A stretch of 64,000 nt of DNA, taken from positions 57,915,741 to 57,979,740 of the forward strand of contig CM041465.1 in NCBI GenBank assembly GCA_023213395.1, written 5' to 3'. Below the pieces are notes generated by a model. That model saw only the letters and a program-made list of their open reading frames with translations. It ran no database searches and was not told the origin of the DNA. How positions within the stretch are numbered: position 1 is the stretch's first letter; every line of letters starts with the position of its first letter. Positions 1 through 13,298 of this stretch are shown here, piece by piece. This DNA comes from Cycas panzhihuaensis (lineage: Eukaryota > Plantae > Cycadophyta). Position numbers and translations under genes: made by a program.

Positions 1-2194
1 GGTAGTTAGACTCAACATCATACGAATGATTTCCATCCGAGCAATAGAAGAAAAAGTTTCACTATAATTTATGCCTTCCCTTTAGGCATATCCTTTGGCA
101 ATAAGTTTAGTTTTATATTTGTTAATGGATCCATCAGATCTAAATTTGGTCTTATAGACCAATTTAGTTCTAATGGTTATTTTATTAGGAGAAAGGTCAA
201 TGAGTTTTCATGTATTATTTCTCACTATAGAATTATATTCTTCTTTCATAGCTTTCCTCCATTCATCATGAGTATTTATCTCTTCAAAGGTGTGAGGCTC
301 ATGGGCTTCCATTACTTGACTCATAAGGGCAAAGTTATCCTAATGTGAATGAGTAGATCTCCTATAATAGTTGTTATCCAATATGTTATCTAAGTCATGA
401 TTTCTTTAAAACTATTTGGGAAATCTTTGAGGTTGAGAGGAGGTTCCCTCATCACTTGGCCTTGATATACAAACATTTTACCTTATATCCTGTCTAAGTG
501 ACACATATATGGACTTAGGAGATGAGTTAAGGTTTATCATAATATTCTTGCCTTTATCTTGAACATAATTTAAGTGATAGTAATCATCTTCTTTAAACAC
601 AACATCTATGCTAACCATAACCTTTCTTTCTTTGGGTTCATATAACTTATATGATTTGGAAACATCATTATACCTAATAAATATATACTTAATGCTCTTT
701 TCATCAAGTTTGGTCCTCTATTATTCAAGAATATGGACATAAGCTAGGCATCTAAATATTAGCAAGTGATGAATACTAGGTTTGTAACTAGTTCACGTTT
801 CTTTTATTGCCATTCACCTAAAGGCCTTAGTGGTACACTTATTCAGGAGATAAACTATAGTGTGGATAACTTATATCTAAAATGCATGTCCCAACTTCTT
901 GTCTTTTAGCATGCATCTAGCCATCTCAACTATAGTGTGATTTTTGCATTCAACAACCTTATTTTGTTGTAGAGTGTAGGGGTTGACGTATTGTCTTATA
1001 ATGGCATGATATATATAATAGCCATTAAATTCATTAGAAATGAACTCTCCCCTATTATCTGATTGTAGATAAAGTATCTTGTGTCCACTTTGCTTTTCTA
1101 CAAAGGTTTTGAAGTCTACAAAACATTAAAATATATCTACTTTAAATTTTAGAAAATAAACCCATGCTTTTCTTATGTAATCATCAATGAATGTAAGGAA
1201 ATAATTTACATAAGCTAGTGATAAGACGTCCATAGGACCACAAAGAAATATATAGATTAAATAAAGTGGTCTCTTTACTCTATAAATTCCATTAAGAAAA
1301 CTTTCTCTACGTTGCTTCCCTAAGAGGCAACCTTCACAAATGTCCTTATTAGCTTTGATTTATGGTAGTCCTTCAACCATATTCATTCTCTTCATAAGAG
1401 CTAAGAATCCATAGTTTAGGTGGCCAATTCTTTTATACCATATGTCACTATCTAATTTGATTGTTGTCTTCAAGGCATAATTATCTGAAGGAGTTAAAAT
1501 TAACTTACAAAGTTTATCTTTAGTCATTTATCCTTTTACAACAACAACGCTATTCTTTCTCTTGTCTTTAATAGTGCATTCATCATTGCAAATATGACTT
1601 CATAGTCCTATTCTATCATCTGTCCCACTAATAGAGGATTTTTCTTTAGAGTTGGGATGTGGAGAATGTCATCAAAATATTTGTCTTCACCTAAATCTAT
1701 CATGATGATAACCTTGCCTCTTCTAGTAGATTCATGTGATATGTCATCAACAAATATGATTGATCCCTTCCTAGTCTTGTCAATAGTTTGAAATATTTCT
1801 TCTTTACAGATCATATGTATAAAGCAACCAGAGTCAATATACCAGCAATCCTCTTCCTTCACATGTCCAACAAAGTTTGATAAGAATAGACAATCATTCT
1901 CTCTAGTTTCAACAATTATATTAGCATTAGCCCTTGTAGGAGGGCTATTCTTAGTAAAATACATATCTTCAATATGGCCAACTTTGTGGAAAAATGTATA
2001 ATGAATTAGATCCCTTTCTCTTTGGCTAAGACTCTAACTTCTAGGGTTTCCTCTATTAATGGAGGATGTTCTTCCTCTTTCCAAGTATAGACCTTGATTA
2101 TCCCTTTGTCTATTGCTTGGATAATTGAAGTTGGGCCTTTGAAAGTTGGTATGACTTTGGAAGTTTTGATAACATTAGTTTACTTCTTGATGTC
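1..2194 (-). pseudogene. Copia gag C-terminus/protease/integrase/RT N-terminus, many stops
   Basis: WYIDSGCFIHM protease motif; degenerate zinc knuckle near 1960-2005; integrase and RT-start remnants in Copia order (PR-IN-RT). Confidence 0.85.
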
Positions 2195-2448
2195 TGGAAT
2201 CACACCTCTAAGGGGTCACAAGGTTCAGGAGAGATCGAGCTAACATAAGAAATAGTTTTGTGGCCGAGGATCTATGAGAGCAAGAAAGAGAGATCACCCA
2301 TAAAGGGCATTAGTGCATTAGAATGTAGGTTCAAGGACCCACAAATGGTGCACAAACTCCCTTCCAGGTAACACCTGCTTGATTTAGAGTTGGGGGCAAA
2401 GAGGGATCTCCTCAATTTTCCTCGATTTAGAGTTGGGGGCAAAGAGGA

Positions 2449-4071
2449 GTCACATGTTGTTGGCCCCATCTTAAGGACTTCAACATGGACTTTAGGGCGA
2501 AGGGCATGAATGAAGAGATCTCTTTTTAACTCCTCGGGCAAGGTTTCCTTCGTGGAGTGGAGAAGATCATGGAAGCATCTCACAAAGTCACGATTCATCT
2601 CATCGTGACCTTATTTAAGAGATAAGAGAGCCTTCATTCTGCTCTCGAAAAAATGAGCTATGTCAAAGTAATTGACAAATTCATCAACGAGTTGCTGGAA
2701 TAAGTGGATAGAATGTGCAGGAAGGTGATAGAACCATTTGAGGGCATCATCTTAGAGAGAGCATAGAAAACGTTTCATTAGGATATGGCCGTACGCCCAA
2801 TAATCGATGCACACCATGGAAAAACGTCTAACGTGCTCTGTTGGGTCTTTCGAAGAGGTCCCATTGAATTTGGGTACCTCGGAAGGGTGAGGTAGTAAGT
2901 TGGTCCTTAACACCTTGATGGATAAAAGGGCTGATCTATAATCCATAAAGGGATGTGCCCTTGATTAGACCATAGGATTGATAAAAGATAGAGGAGAAGG
3001 TGGGCAAGGTTGCCTGAATCCTCCTTGAGAGACTTGGTTTGGAAGGGGATACACGCTTCCTCCCATTTGATGGGAGGGAATAGATCCTACATTCGAAGGG
3101 ATTGGAAGAGAAGCATATGGATACGGGGGATCCATCCCCCCTTAAGGGCATGCCCCTTGTTGAAAGGGGACTTGAGAGGGGGCACCTTAGAAGGGGGCTT
3201 GCCCTCCTTACGAAGGCGTTGCATAAGAAGAAGTATAAGAAGATGGAATAGAAGGGTGCAGAATCAGATTTTGCCCATATGGGCTGCCTATAGGTGGTAC
3301 GACACTATACGAATGCAAAGGATCTGCTCCATAAACAGGAAGGGGATTCCCCTTACCATGCCCCCATGGTTGGGAAGTATACCCTGAGGGCACGTAAAGG
3401 GAAGGATCCCTAGGTTGAGCTTAGGAATACGTGGGGATTGGTCCCACGCGGTCAGAAGCGGGGGGATATGTGGGTCCCCTAGATCTAATGGGAGGCAGAT
3501 AGACTACAGTTGGTTGGGGCATAGTCGTTTGGCTAGAGGGAGGCATACTCAACCCAAGTTGGGAAGAGGATATGCCTTGGGTGGTCCCTAAGGAACATAG
3601 ACCACAAGGAGAAGAAGACACAATGAGGGATGTACTCATTGTAGGTAAGGGAGTCAAACGAGATGGATGAGATGGTGTAGATGTAGAGGAAGGAAGCGCT
3701 ATGCTTCGCAAGACGCTATCTAACCACTTATGGTGTGATTGGAGGTTAGCGACTTGGAAGCACTGGTTAAGGACATTCACCACATCTGTGAGATGGGTAT
3801 CCATCTGATCATACAAGGTCGATGGATCCTCGTATGAGGCAGACCCCATGTGGCAATCCTCATGAGGATCGCCACCAGGGTGATGATACTCCAAGGGAGA
3901 ATATACTTCCACCTCATGAGTGGAGAAGTGATGGACCTGTGGGTGTTCTTAGTCACCCAAGTAGAAGATAGGATCCTCACCCTTTTGGGTGGGCCCTTAG
4001 AAAGAAGTGGATGGTTGGTGGGACTCAAGTATGTAAGCATGATATGCCTAATCTAAAGGAAATCCTTCCAT
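2449..4071 (-). pseudogene. Gypsy gag with Pro/Ser-rich N-terminus, disrupted
   Basis: ORF pieces 3421-3912, 3208-3393, 2752-2946 (EVPKFNGTSSKDPTEHVRRF) and 2272-2598 (DFVRCF...LFIHALRP) match the retrotransposon gag pattern. Confidence 0.75.
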
Positions 4072-4303
4072 GGTCTAATGGAAATTCGAAGATGGAAGAG
4101 GATGCTAAGGGAGTCTTCCAATGAAGGAGGGAGGCCTCATAAATGACGAGAAAATTGTTGCATACAATTTTTTCTTAAATATTGGAAGAAGAAAGAGATG
4201 GTAAGATGGCAAGTGTTGGGGGTTATCCAACAAATTGAGAAGAGCTATTGAAAGAAAGGTAGCAACAAAAGATTGGGGAGGAGGATAGATCCTCTATTGA
4301 CGA

Positions 4304-4322
4304 GTCCCCAGTATGGTCGCCA
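4304..4322 (-). promoter_or_regulatory. Primer-binding site (Ogre/Tat type)
   Basis: TGGCGACCATACTGGGGAC, one base after the LTR end. Confidence 0.75.
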
Positions 4323-4323
4323 A

Positions 4324-7300
4324 TGGAATCGCACCTCTAGGGGGTCACTAGGTTTAGGAGAGATTGAGCCAACACAAGTAACAATTTTGTGGTGAAGGAT
4401 CTACGAGAGCAAGAGAGAGAGATCACCCACAAAGGGCATCTATGCATCAGAATATAGGTTCGAGGACCCACAAATGGTGCACAAACTCCCTTCCAGGTAA
4501 CACCTCCTTGATTTAGAGTTGGGGGCAAAGAGGAATCTCCTTAGTTTCCTAAGTAACCTCTAAAACTGCCCTCCCATCCTAGATGGCCAAAGAAGGGAGA
4601 CTAAGGTGAAGGCGCACCTCTTCCTATGAAGAGGTAAATAGGTAAAGCAAGCCCTAATGGAAAGAAGAAAAGACTCACATGTAGGCATGGAGCAGCTAGA
4701 GGAATGAATGAATGGAGGGGAAGTTGGGTTAATGGGCTAAGTTTGAGCTAAAAGGTGAAGCCAAGGGAGGCTTTGCCAATAGAAAGGAAAAATAACCTTG
4801 AGAGGAGGTACCCCCAAGTTGCCACGTCTAAGTCAATTTCAGGTGTGGAAGACAAACAAAGTAAATTATCCCTACATTTGTCTTTGTTATATAGTAAGGT
4901 GATGTAGGGATGTGAGTTACCATTGTTTGTGTTTGTTTCTTATAAATGAGAGCAATGAACTTCAAAAAGCAATGCACTCTCTCTCTCTCTTTCCTAAGCA
5001 CTAACCTTCCTCTCTTTATCATTTACAAATAAGGGAAGAAGAAGAGAAAGCAAATTGCTAAGCAAAGAGAATGCGAGTATGAGATACAAACCTACTCAAT
5101 GATGTGCAAGGGAAGAAGCAAAGTGCCAATAAACAGATGTACAACCCACCTTGCCTAAATCCTAGTGGGAAGGAGGGTTTAGGCAAGAAAGGAAGCAAGC
5201 AAGTATGTGACTGAAGGGAGTGGCACCTATTAGTGTGAGTTAGCTAATTCCTGCTATGCAATCTAGGTGAGGCAAGCAATAACAGCCAATAGAATACAAA
5301 TAACACAATCCTTTCATTTCTCTTTCTCGTTTAGGAGCAAGGGGGAAGAAGGGCGAAAATAGGAAAGACAAAGTAGAGGAATGTACCCAGCAGCAAGACG
5401 GTCAATGTAACATCTTTCTTGCTTCCTTCATGATCCGAACTTTCCTCCTTTATGCGCCTTGCTATAGATGGTGTAGTAAGAGGAGCACCATCAGAAGGGG
5501 GATTGCCTTACCTTCCCCCAAAACTTAAACGTAAAAGAAATCAAAGAAAGGAGAAATGCTTCTATAGAACTTTTAAAACACAATAATAATGACAAGGAAA
5601 GAAATACGTACTTGCAATGGAGACTTTTGTTCACTCTGAAATGTGTGGAATCTGCACAACACAAAGTAGCCCTTGCCCAAGGGGTGATGGATGCATGTGG
5701 GAGCAAGTGCATACAAGGTAATATATATGTATGTATATATATTCCTTTTAGAGGGAAAAGGAGCAAAAGGAAATAGACTTAACAAATATCTACTAAGTAA
5801 CAAATGTGCAATGTTAGTATCATTTGCCTTGTATGCACAACCAACCAGTAATGTGGGAAAGAGGTGGTAAAAGGGAAGAAAATGGGTAACCTCAAAATGG
5901 CTAACCCTCCCAACTAATTGCTCCACACATTCCCCAAGCACCCAAACTAATAGCTAAGAGGACCAAGACTACTCAATAATAGGTACAAGACAAGTTTTTG
6001 CAAGTAAAGGAAATGGTAGTAAGAAAGCTATAAAAATCGTAAATATCGTAAAAGTTACGAGTGCAACTTTTCCAAGTTTATATAAGAGCAAGCCCCAGAA
6101 TTGAAAATGTATAAAATAGGACTAAAAACCCAGTTGTATATGATCTTTAGTGGTTGGTTGTAGGCGTAGCAATGGGTTGCCTATGCTGCAATCAGCAAAA
6201 GTTTCCACCCCAACATTTTTTTGGGTAAACAATGAAGGTATAGAGGAGGAAAAGGGAAGGAGAGAAGGGCGTTGCCCTTGAGGAGAAGGCATGTGGGTGT
6301 GGAACCCTACCTAAGACTCTTTTCACTCTCCTATGAACCTCTTTTCTTGCTACCTCCTTGAAAAGACCCAAAAAGAACTTGGGGGAGGGAGTATGCAAGT
6401 AAGCAAGAAGGAGGGATTGCCTCCCAATACAATAGAAAAGAAGGAAAAAAGACTTCTTATATGAAGAGGTGATCAGAAGAATATCTATGCTATAAAAAGG
6501 ATAAGAAAAAATAGATCTGAAAGTACTTAGTAAGGGTAGATCTATGGTAGATCTACCAGGCAAACTGTGTAAGAAGGAGAGTTCCCTTAGGAGGTTCCTA
6601 GAAAACCCTTGCAGTACAATGGAAGAGGAGTAAAACCTGTGAGAAAGGTGAAGCTTGAACCTTGGTGAGATGCTTGGAGTATGACTCTACCTTAGCCAAC
6701 CCTTCTATAGGCCTGCAATCTATGTTTTCTATGTTGTAGGAGCTAGTAACTGAAAGGTGAAGTAGGTACAGTAGAGTTAAAACTTGTTTCAGAGCTTATG
6801 GAGAAGAAAGGAGAAAAAAGTAAGTGAGAAAAGAGAGAAATGAAGTGAATTTTAGATTTTTTAAACCCAACCCTAGCCCAGTGAGCGATTAGGATTCACC
6901 CTGGGTGGGAAACAACTCACTGCCACATGGTAATTTCGTATTTAATGCAAAATTGCCATGGCCAAATTAAAAAAGAGTTATGGGTAGTTGCCCTGCAGGA
7001 AACTGTGTAGTACCGTGGAGTTTACAATAGTTCGGCCAAAGCTAAGGTAAAAAGAAAAGAGGGGAGCCTATAGGCTCCTGAAATGTGAGAATCCTAAACC
7101 CTAAGGGAGCACGCTACAGTGCCAATATGGCAAGGAGAGGTCATGGGACCTAGAGGGACCACAACAGGTGAGGAACGATGGTTAAGGGTTCCAATAAGAG
7201 ATAAAGGGCTCATAAGGATGACAACCAGACCTAAACAGGGTGTTAGGGGTCGTGTCACACCAAGAAGGGATATGAAATGGGCTACGGAAGCTGGAAGTAC

Positions 7301-7561
7301 TTGGGGGCACCATGGAGACCTGGCAGAGGGTTATGGAGTGCCATGGGATGTGCATCCCTAGTCATCATAGGCTAAAAAGTGTTAAAATGTAACATGAACA
7401 AGCAAGTGATGTAGGGTGATCGTACAGTCAATGAATCAGGATGCAATGTTTGTGATGAGCCTCAATCAATTATTTCTGAAACTAACGAAAGGGAAGATAG
7501 AAGCATACCTAAACTTACCTGAGTTGAGTCACCTATGTCTATTCCCGGTAGTCGGGAAACA
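4324..7561 (-). repeat. 5' LTR (~3.24 kb) of the Ogre/Tat element
   Basis: Bounded by the PBS on one side and the TSD on the other; its terminal part is duplicated at 2195-2422. Confidence 0.8.
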
Positions 7562-8386
7562 ATGTCTCTCTTGACTTTGATATCTTTGTTTACTGTGATA
7601 TCTTTGATTTACTCCTTGATTTCTTTAATGAGAAGCTTGGTATCTAAGTTAACGCTCTTAATGTGTCTCTTGTCTAGGATTTTTGTCTCTTCCCCTTGGG
7701 GATTGGTTCCTTGATCTTGAACTTTCAGCTTGAGAATTAGACTTGATTCTTGCCTTACTTATAAAAGTATATTTTAAAAATTCATTTGAGCTTTTCTTCT
7801 CCTCAATAGCCATTAACATGACACTCAATTATTCAATTTTCAATGTGCTTAAGTCTATTAAGACTTTTATATTTATTGTTATAATCTCAAACCTTTTGAC
7901 TTCACTAACACACATAAGTATCCTTTCAACAACCCTTTATTCAGTTAGGGTCTCACCAAGAGATCTTATTTAATTCACAAGGTATTAAACCTTTATCATG
8001 AATTCATTGATAGACTTATTGGGCAACATCCTTAAATTTTTAAATCTACTCCTTAATGTTTGAAGTTTAGATGAGGCTACACCTTCATAAATGAGTTGTA
8101 ATATGTTCTATATCTCTTTAAACTTAGATGCCTCACTAACCCTTAAAAAGATGTGGTCTTCTAAAGCATAAAAAATTAAGGTTAGAGCTTCATTGTCCTT
8201 CTTTACACATTCTTTAAATGCTTATTTTTCTACTTTAGTTATGTTTTAACCAAGTTCTGTGTACCATGTCTTCATAACATTCCACATATCTTTAATAACG
8301 AGGATAGGTCTCATCCTCCTACTCTAATTAAAAAATTTTGATCTATTAAACTTGGGAATGATCATGTTACCAAAACTAGTAGCCAT
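7562..8386 (-). pseudogene. Copia gag N-terminal half (DUF4219/UBN2-like), disrupted
   Basis: IPKFN...MR.IL..KDMWNV motif; rejoins 2194 across the ATGTC TSD. Confidence 0.75.
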
Positions 8387-9180
8387 TGTGTTTCAAAATA
8401 AAGTTTTATTCAAATGTTTCTTAAGGTATAGGTTTCTCAAGTAAAGTTTTGAAATGACATATCCTATTACCTAAAAGGTTGCTAGGCTCAAAGTTTATAG
8501 GTCTCAAAGGAAGCCTTCAGTTACTATTCTATCTAATAGCGCTTGCCCACAAGTGGAAAATTAGGGACCCAATATACCGGTACGTGAGTGCTAGGCTCTA
8601 TATACCTTAGTACACAGGTTACAAAGAAGGTACAAGACCCCCCTAATTTATTTATTTATATACGTAAAATTTATACTTAGCGATAGATCTAGCAGTGATA
8701 GCTTTACAAACCAAGGCACTTGCCCCCCTAGGTCTAGCTTTGTCTTAAAACTTCAAAAAAAAAGGTTTACTCCACTTAACCCTGCCACTGTATACACTTG
8801 ATAGCCAATGACATTCCTTATCCAATATGAGTAGGCTAAGGGCATGTGCGGGGTGGTAACTTCAGAAGTCTTAACCCTTCTCCTTGCAAGGTTAGAAATA
8901 GAGTGTTCTTTCAAGAGTTTATATTGTTTAATGTGAAAATATATTTCATTTTGATCTTATTTAGTAAATAAGGTTCCTTCTTAATCAACAAATAAAAAAA
9001 TAACTTGAAAATGAAATGAAATAAACCTCTTTTCAAATAAAATAAATATAAGATAAATGAGTATTTTTTAATGAAATAAATATAAAACCAATAAGCATTC
9101 AAAGTGATACCAATAAAATCTAAAATGACATGAAATGTAAAGAAAATGAAAGGGTTTTTTAATAAGCTTTTAAAAAAGTA

Positions 9181-9541
9181 ATAAAATGCACTCTATGTCA
9201 ATTTTTAAGTGCAAGAAGGAAACCTTAATTGAACTTTAAAAATAAACTTTAATAATGAAGCAAGATAATCTTTAAATAAGCTAAATAAGCCTAATATGAG
9301 CTTCAAAATAAAGATGAATAAGCTGAAAATAAACTAAAGTGTGAATGAGCTTTTAAAATGCAATAAATTCACTCTATATGAGCCTTTAAGGTGTAAAAGA
9401 TAGCCTTAAATGACCTTTGAAATATGCTTTAATAATGAAGTAAATTGACCCTTAAATGAGCTAGAGAAGCTTACTATGAGCTTTAAAATAAAATGAATAA
9501 GCCAAAGAAATAGATTAAAGTGAAATAAAGGCTTTAAAATA
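9181..9541. repeat. Two diverged tandem units, period 181 bp, in the Copia leader
   Basis: ACTCTAT at 9190 and 9371, followed by alignable sequence (CTTTAATAATGAAG, TATGAGCTT). Confidence 0.7.
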
Positions 9542-10118
9542 AAATGATATAGGGTTTAGAAGGCACTTTGCATGTGAAATGATGTCCAAATATCATTTTC
9601 TCTTTCAAGAGGTAAAATTTCACTAAACTCTACTAAAAATCTTATGTAAGCCTCAAAAGAATAAAGTGAAATTAGACAAAGGTTAATTAGTATCTTGATA
9701 AAATATAAATATGCTTAGATAAAATCATTAAATAGTTCAAAAATATTGAAAAGGGCTCAAACTTAGGTGAAATAGAAGAGCTGATTTTAGTAGTCTCAAA
9801 CTCCTATAAAACTACTTCAAATCACAATGAAATTAGCCTTAGTACATAGATCAATAAACTAGCTTTCCAATAGATGTAGTCGTTCAAAAAATGAATTCCT
9901 GGAATAAAAGTTATAAGGAGATCAGTGAAGACATATTCTTCTAATGAAAAAACTTAATGGGGGTGGGGGTAAGCCCTTTTCAATGAAGCCCTTGGTCATC
10001 TAGAGGGCACAAAAGATTAGTTGTTGGCCATCGAAGGGGGCTAGTGAATCCTAAATTTTATAAAAAATAATTAAATCCCCTAAAAATCCATCATCTGAGG
10101 GTGTACAAATATTGGTAG

Positions 10119-10609
<491 letters not shown>

Positions 10610-11464
10610 TTGAAAATAAAATGAAAAAATGTAAAAAAAAAAAGAAGCTCAAATGGAGATCACATGGATTAGATACAGATCCGATGAGGACGCAGAGCCA
10701 GAACACTATACACGAGAGGAGAGAGGCCATGCATAGATGGCAAAGGTAGTTTTGACTTAGAGAGGGGCCACACAGGCCAGAGATGCATCACACAAAGGGC
10801 ATTTGATAAAAAGAGAAGAGTAGGGGACCGTACAGGAGCCGAATAGGCCCATAGAGGGCGTACGCATAAAAAAATGAGTTGCTGCACCAGATAGATAGGC
10901 TAGAGGGCCCAAAGAGGAGGTACAACCCAGTTGAGGATGTAAGAACTGAGAAAAAATAAGTGAAACAAGGATATTTTAAACTAGCCTAAGGGGTTTGAGT
11001 ACCTAGAGAGAGAGGGTGTGCTTATAGAAGCTTTATCTCGCAGTAGGAGTGACAAAATTTGAAACCATCGAATCTGGTGTGAAGCTAACTTAGAGAGCTT
11101 TTAAACAAATGATCACTTGAGCTAGTTTCAATCACCATGGAGAGCGCACTAGCCTATAAAATCTCAAGTTTCTCGAAAAACTTTAGAAAAATAGTGAAAA
11201 AATGATTAAAAACTTAAAAAATAGTAATTGAAATGCCAATATAAATGCTTCAAATGATTGCTCAACTAAGTACGCCAACTGTAGCTATAGAAATCTGAGA
11301 AGAAAATGAATATATTGATCGTACATACTAAAAATATGCAAAAAACTAATAATATTTCAAATATTTGAAGGTAACGTATGTAAAACTATTAAAAAATAAT
11401 ATAAATATAATCAAATCATTCAAAATAAAGCTTGTCATGATTACTCGATAGCTCAGATACCAAA

Positions 11465-11731
11465 TGTGAGCACTGGGGAGCAGAGCAGTACAGGACTATT
11501 ATGTCACAATGCTGAAAATAATTATCAAATCTCCAAAAATTGGTAGGTGGTGTTAAAAAACATTAGTAGATTATATACTTTATATTTTTAGGTTGGGAGG
11601 CAGGTAGGAGCCTACCTCAATAGACACTTTTTTGAAATTAAAAAATAATAAAACATTAAATAAAATAATACTTACCTTGGCATATGTTGGCTATAGGTGG
11701 CTCTGCATAGTCCCAATGTAACTTGTACACA
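11465..11731 (-). repeat. Putative 5' LTR of the Copia element
   Basis: TG..CA ends; adjacent iMet-type PBS at 11451-11462; partner LTR is outside the window. Confidence 0.55.
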
Positions 11732-11795
11732 TTTAGCATAGAATAATGAACATTATAGCTAACAATTATGTCTTGTATTTCTAGCAAGATTATTT

Positions 11796-11951
11796 ATTTA
11801 TTTGATAGTATATACCGAGCATATGGAATCAGAGCCCTATTTGTTAGGTTTTGTCACCCTTTCATCTAGTTCTCCCGGCGGGGGTTGAGCTTAGGACTTC
11901 CAACAATATAGAATAGATACCTACCAATACACCCCAACACTTGACCTCAAT
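11796..11951 (-). mobile_element. tRNA-derived SINE (~156 bp)
   Basis: 10-bp TSD AAGATTATTT (11786-11795, 11952-11961); box A-like GGGGTGTATTGGTAG; box B-like GTCCTAAGCTCAACCCCC; (AAAT)n tail. Confidence 0.55.
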
Positions 11952-12183
11952 AAGATTATTTTAATTGCTTAAACTTTGGTATTTAAGGTTAGGTATTACT
12001 TTATTGAGAGTGGTAAATATTCATATAGTGCCATGGACAATGACATCTTTATTAATATGCAACAAGTGGTATTGTACCAAAATTATACTAGGTGTATCTA
12101 TTTAAGCCAATTATTTTATTTATCCCTTATGTAAATTTTAAGAAATCCCTTTAAGCATTTATTAAATATTTTTTTTTTATTAG

Positions 12184-12785
12184 ATATATGACAATAATTA
12201 TGAGAAGGCTTTAATTTTTTTTATCTTTATCAGTGCAGTTTCCCCACTAATCTTTCCTCAAGGGGATCCAAGTGGGACGACAACCTCCCTTGGTCGAGAG
12301 GGATGCGAGAATCTAGATCATTCATCAAAAAGCAAAAATCTAAGGCTCAAAACATATCAAATTATAAAGGGAATCTAGGATGTTCATAAAAAAGTCTTAG
12401 ATTTGATGGCTATGATTGATGTGCCTTTTTTGTAACCTATTTTTAGGGTAATTGTATCACATTGCATTATATTGCATCACATAGTAAAGGAGGCGGCTAT
12501 TGGTTGTTACTGCTATGGAAATTCTGTGAAGACTACATGTACAATCTTTCATTCCTGACTAATGAAGATTGATACCTTTCTTATGTGGATATTTCCCTAG
12601 CACTTTACTAGGGTTCTACTACGTTAAAATTTGTATACAAAATAATGTGTATGTTGAATAATCTCTGGTTTTAAATGCTTACATTTCTTACAGTTTCAAA
12701 TCCTTATTATTATTGCAAAATAGTTAGATCTTGGTGGCTGGTTTTGGTCAATCAGACTAAGTTTTCTCAGCATTCTTCACCATCA
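12184..12785. mobile_element. Probable solo LTR inserted in the Gypsy integrase
   Basis: Splits the SVAYHLQ / NKCL integrase segment; LTR-like GGGTTCTACTACGTTAAAAT motif; ends in CA; imperfect TSD (ATTAG/ATTTG). Confidence 0.45.
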
Positions 12786-13298
12786 ATTTGTAAGTGGTAT
12801 GCAACACTCATTAATTTTTATGCACATTATTAGAAATAACTCCTACTAAAAATTGCTAATGAATTTTAGGTCCTTGTTGTAAATTATTCTCTTTTGGAGA
12901 TAATATAACCTATATACTTCTCTAGTGAAAATTCTTAGTCTAAAGAGTTATGTCATCTTAATTGGTATGAAATGTACATATTTAATAAGCCTAACTACTA
13001 CTAAGAATATTGCGACCTTTACTTTTTTATGGGTTTATGCCCAAAATGAAATCCATGAACATATCTTTAGATTTTTGCTATTGGATTAATAATGGTAGTA
13101 GTAGGCTAGGAGTTTGTCCATTTTTTGCCTTTTGCCTTTGGCATGCATCACATTCTAGCACATACTTTTCAACTTTTCCTTTATCTCAGACCAATCAAAG
13201 GAATCACTAATATGTGGATGTCTTTGTTATACCCATATAACCTATTGTTAGTAGCTCATAGTATTCTTGTAATATTTTAGGGATGAATTATGCATTTT

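Larger units (their letters stand above)
2195..7561 (-). mobile_element. Ogre/Tat-like Ty3/Gypsy element, internally deleted (no pol; 3' LTR reduced to ~228 bp)
   Basis: TG..CA ends with exact TSD ATGTC (2190-2194, 7562-7566); 2195-2422 repeats 4324-4550; PBS TGGCGACCATACTGGGGAC resembles the Ogre tRNA-Arg type; ~3.2-kb LTR. Confidence 0.85.

Noticed and set aside
3010-7361. Plus-strand ORFs over gag and short ORFs within the Ogre LTR
   Set aside because: Antisense shadows or chance ORFs with no recognisable motif.
9101-9112. PBS-like GTGATACCA as the Copia PBS
   Set aside because: Poorer match with no TG..CA LTR edge beside it; 11451-11462 fits better and its LTR abuts the host Gypsy sequence.
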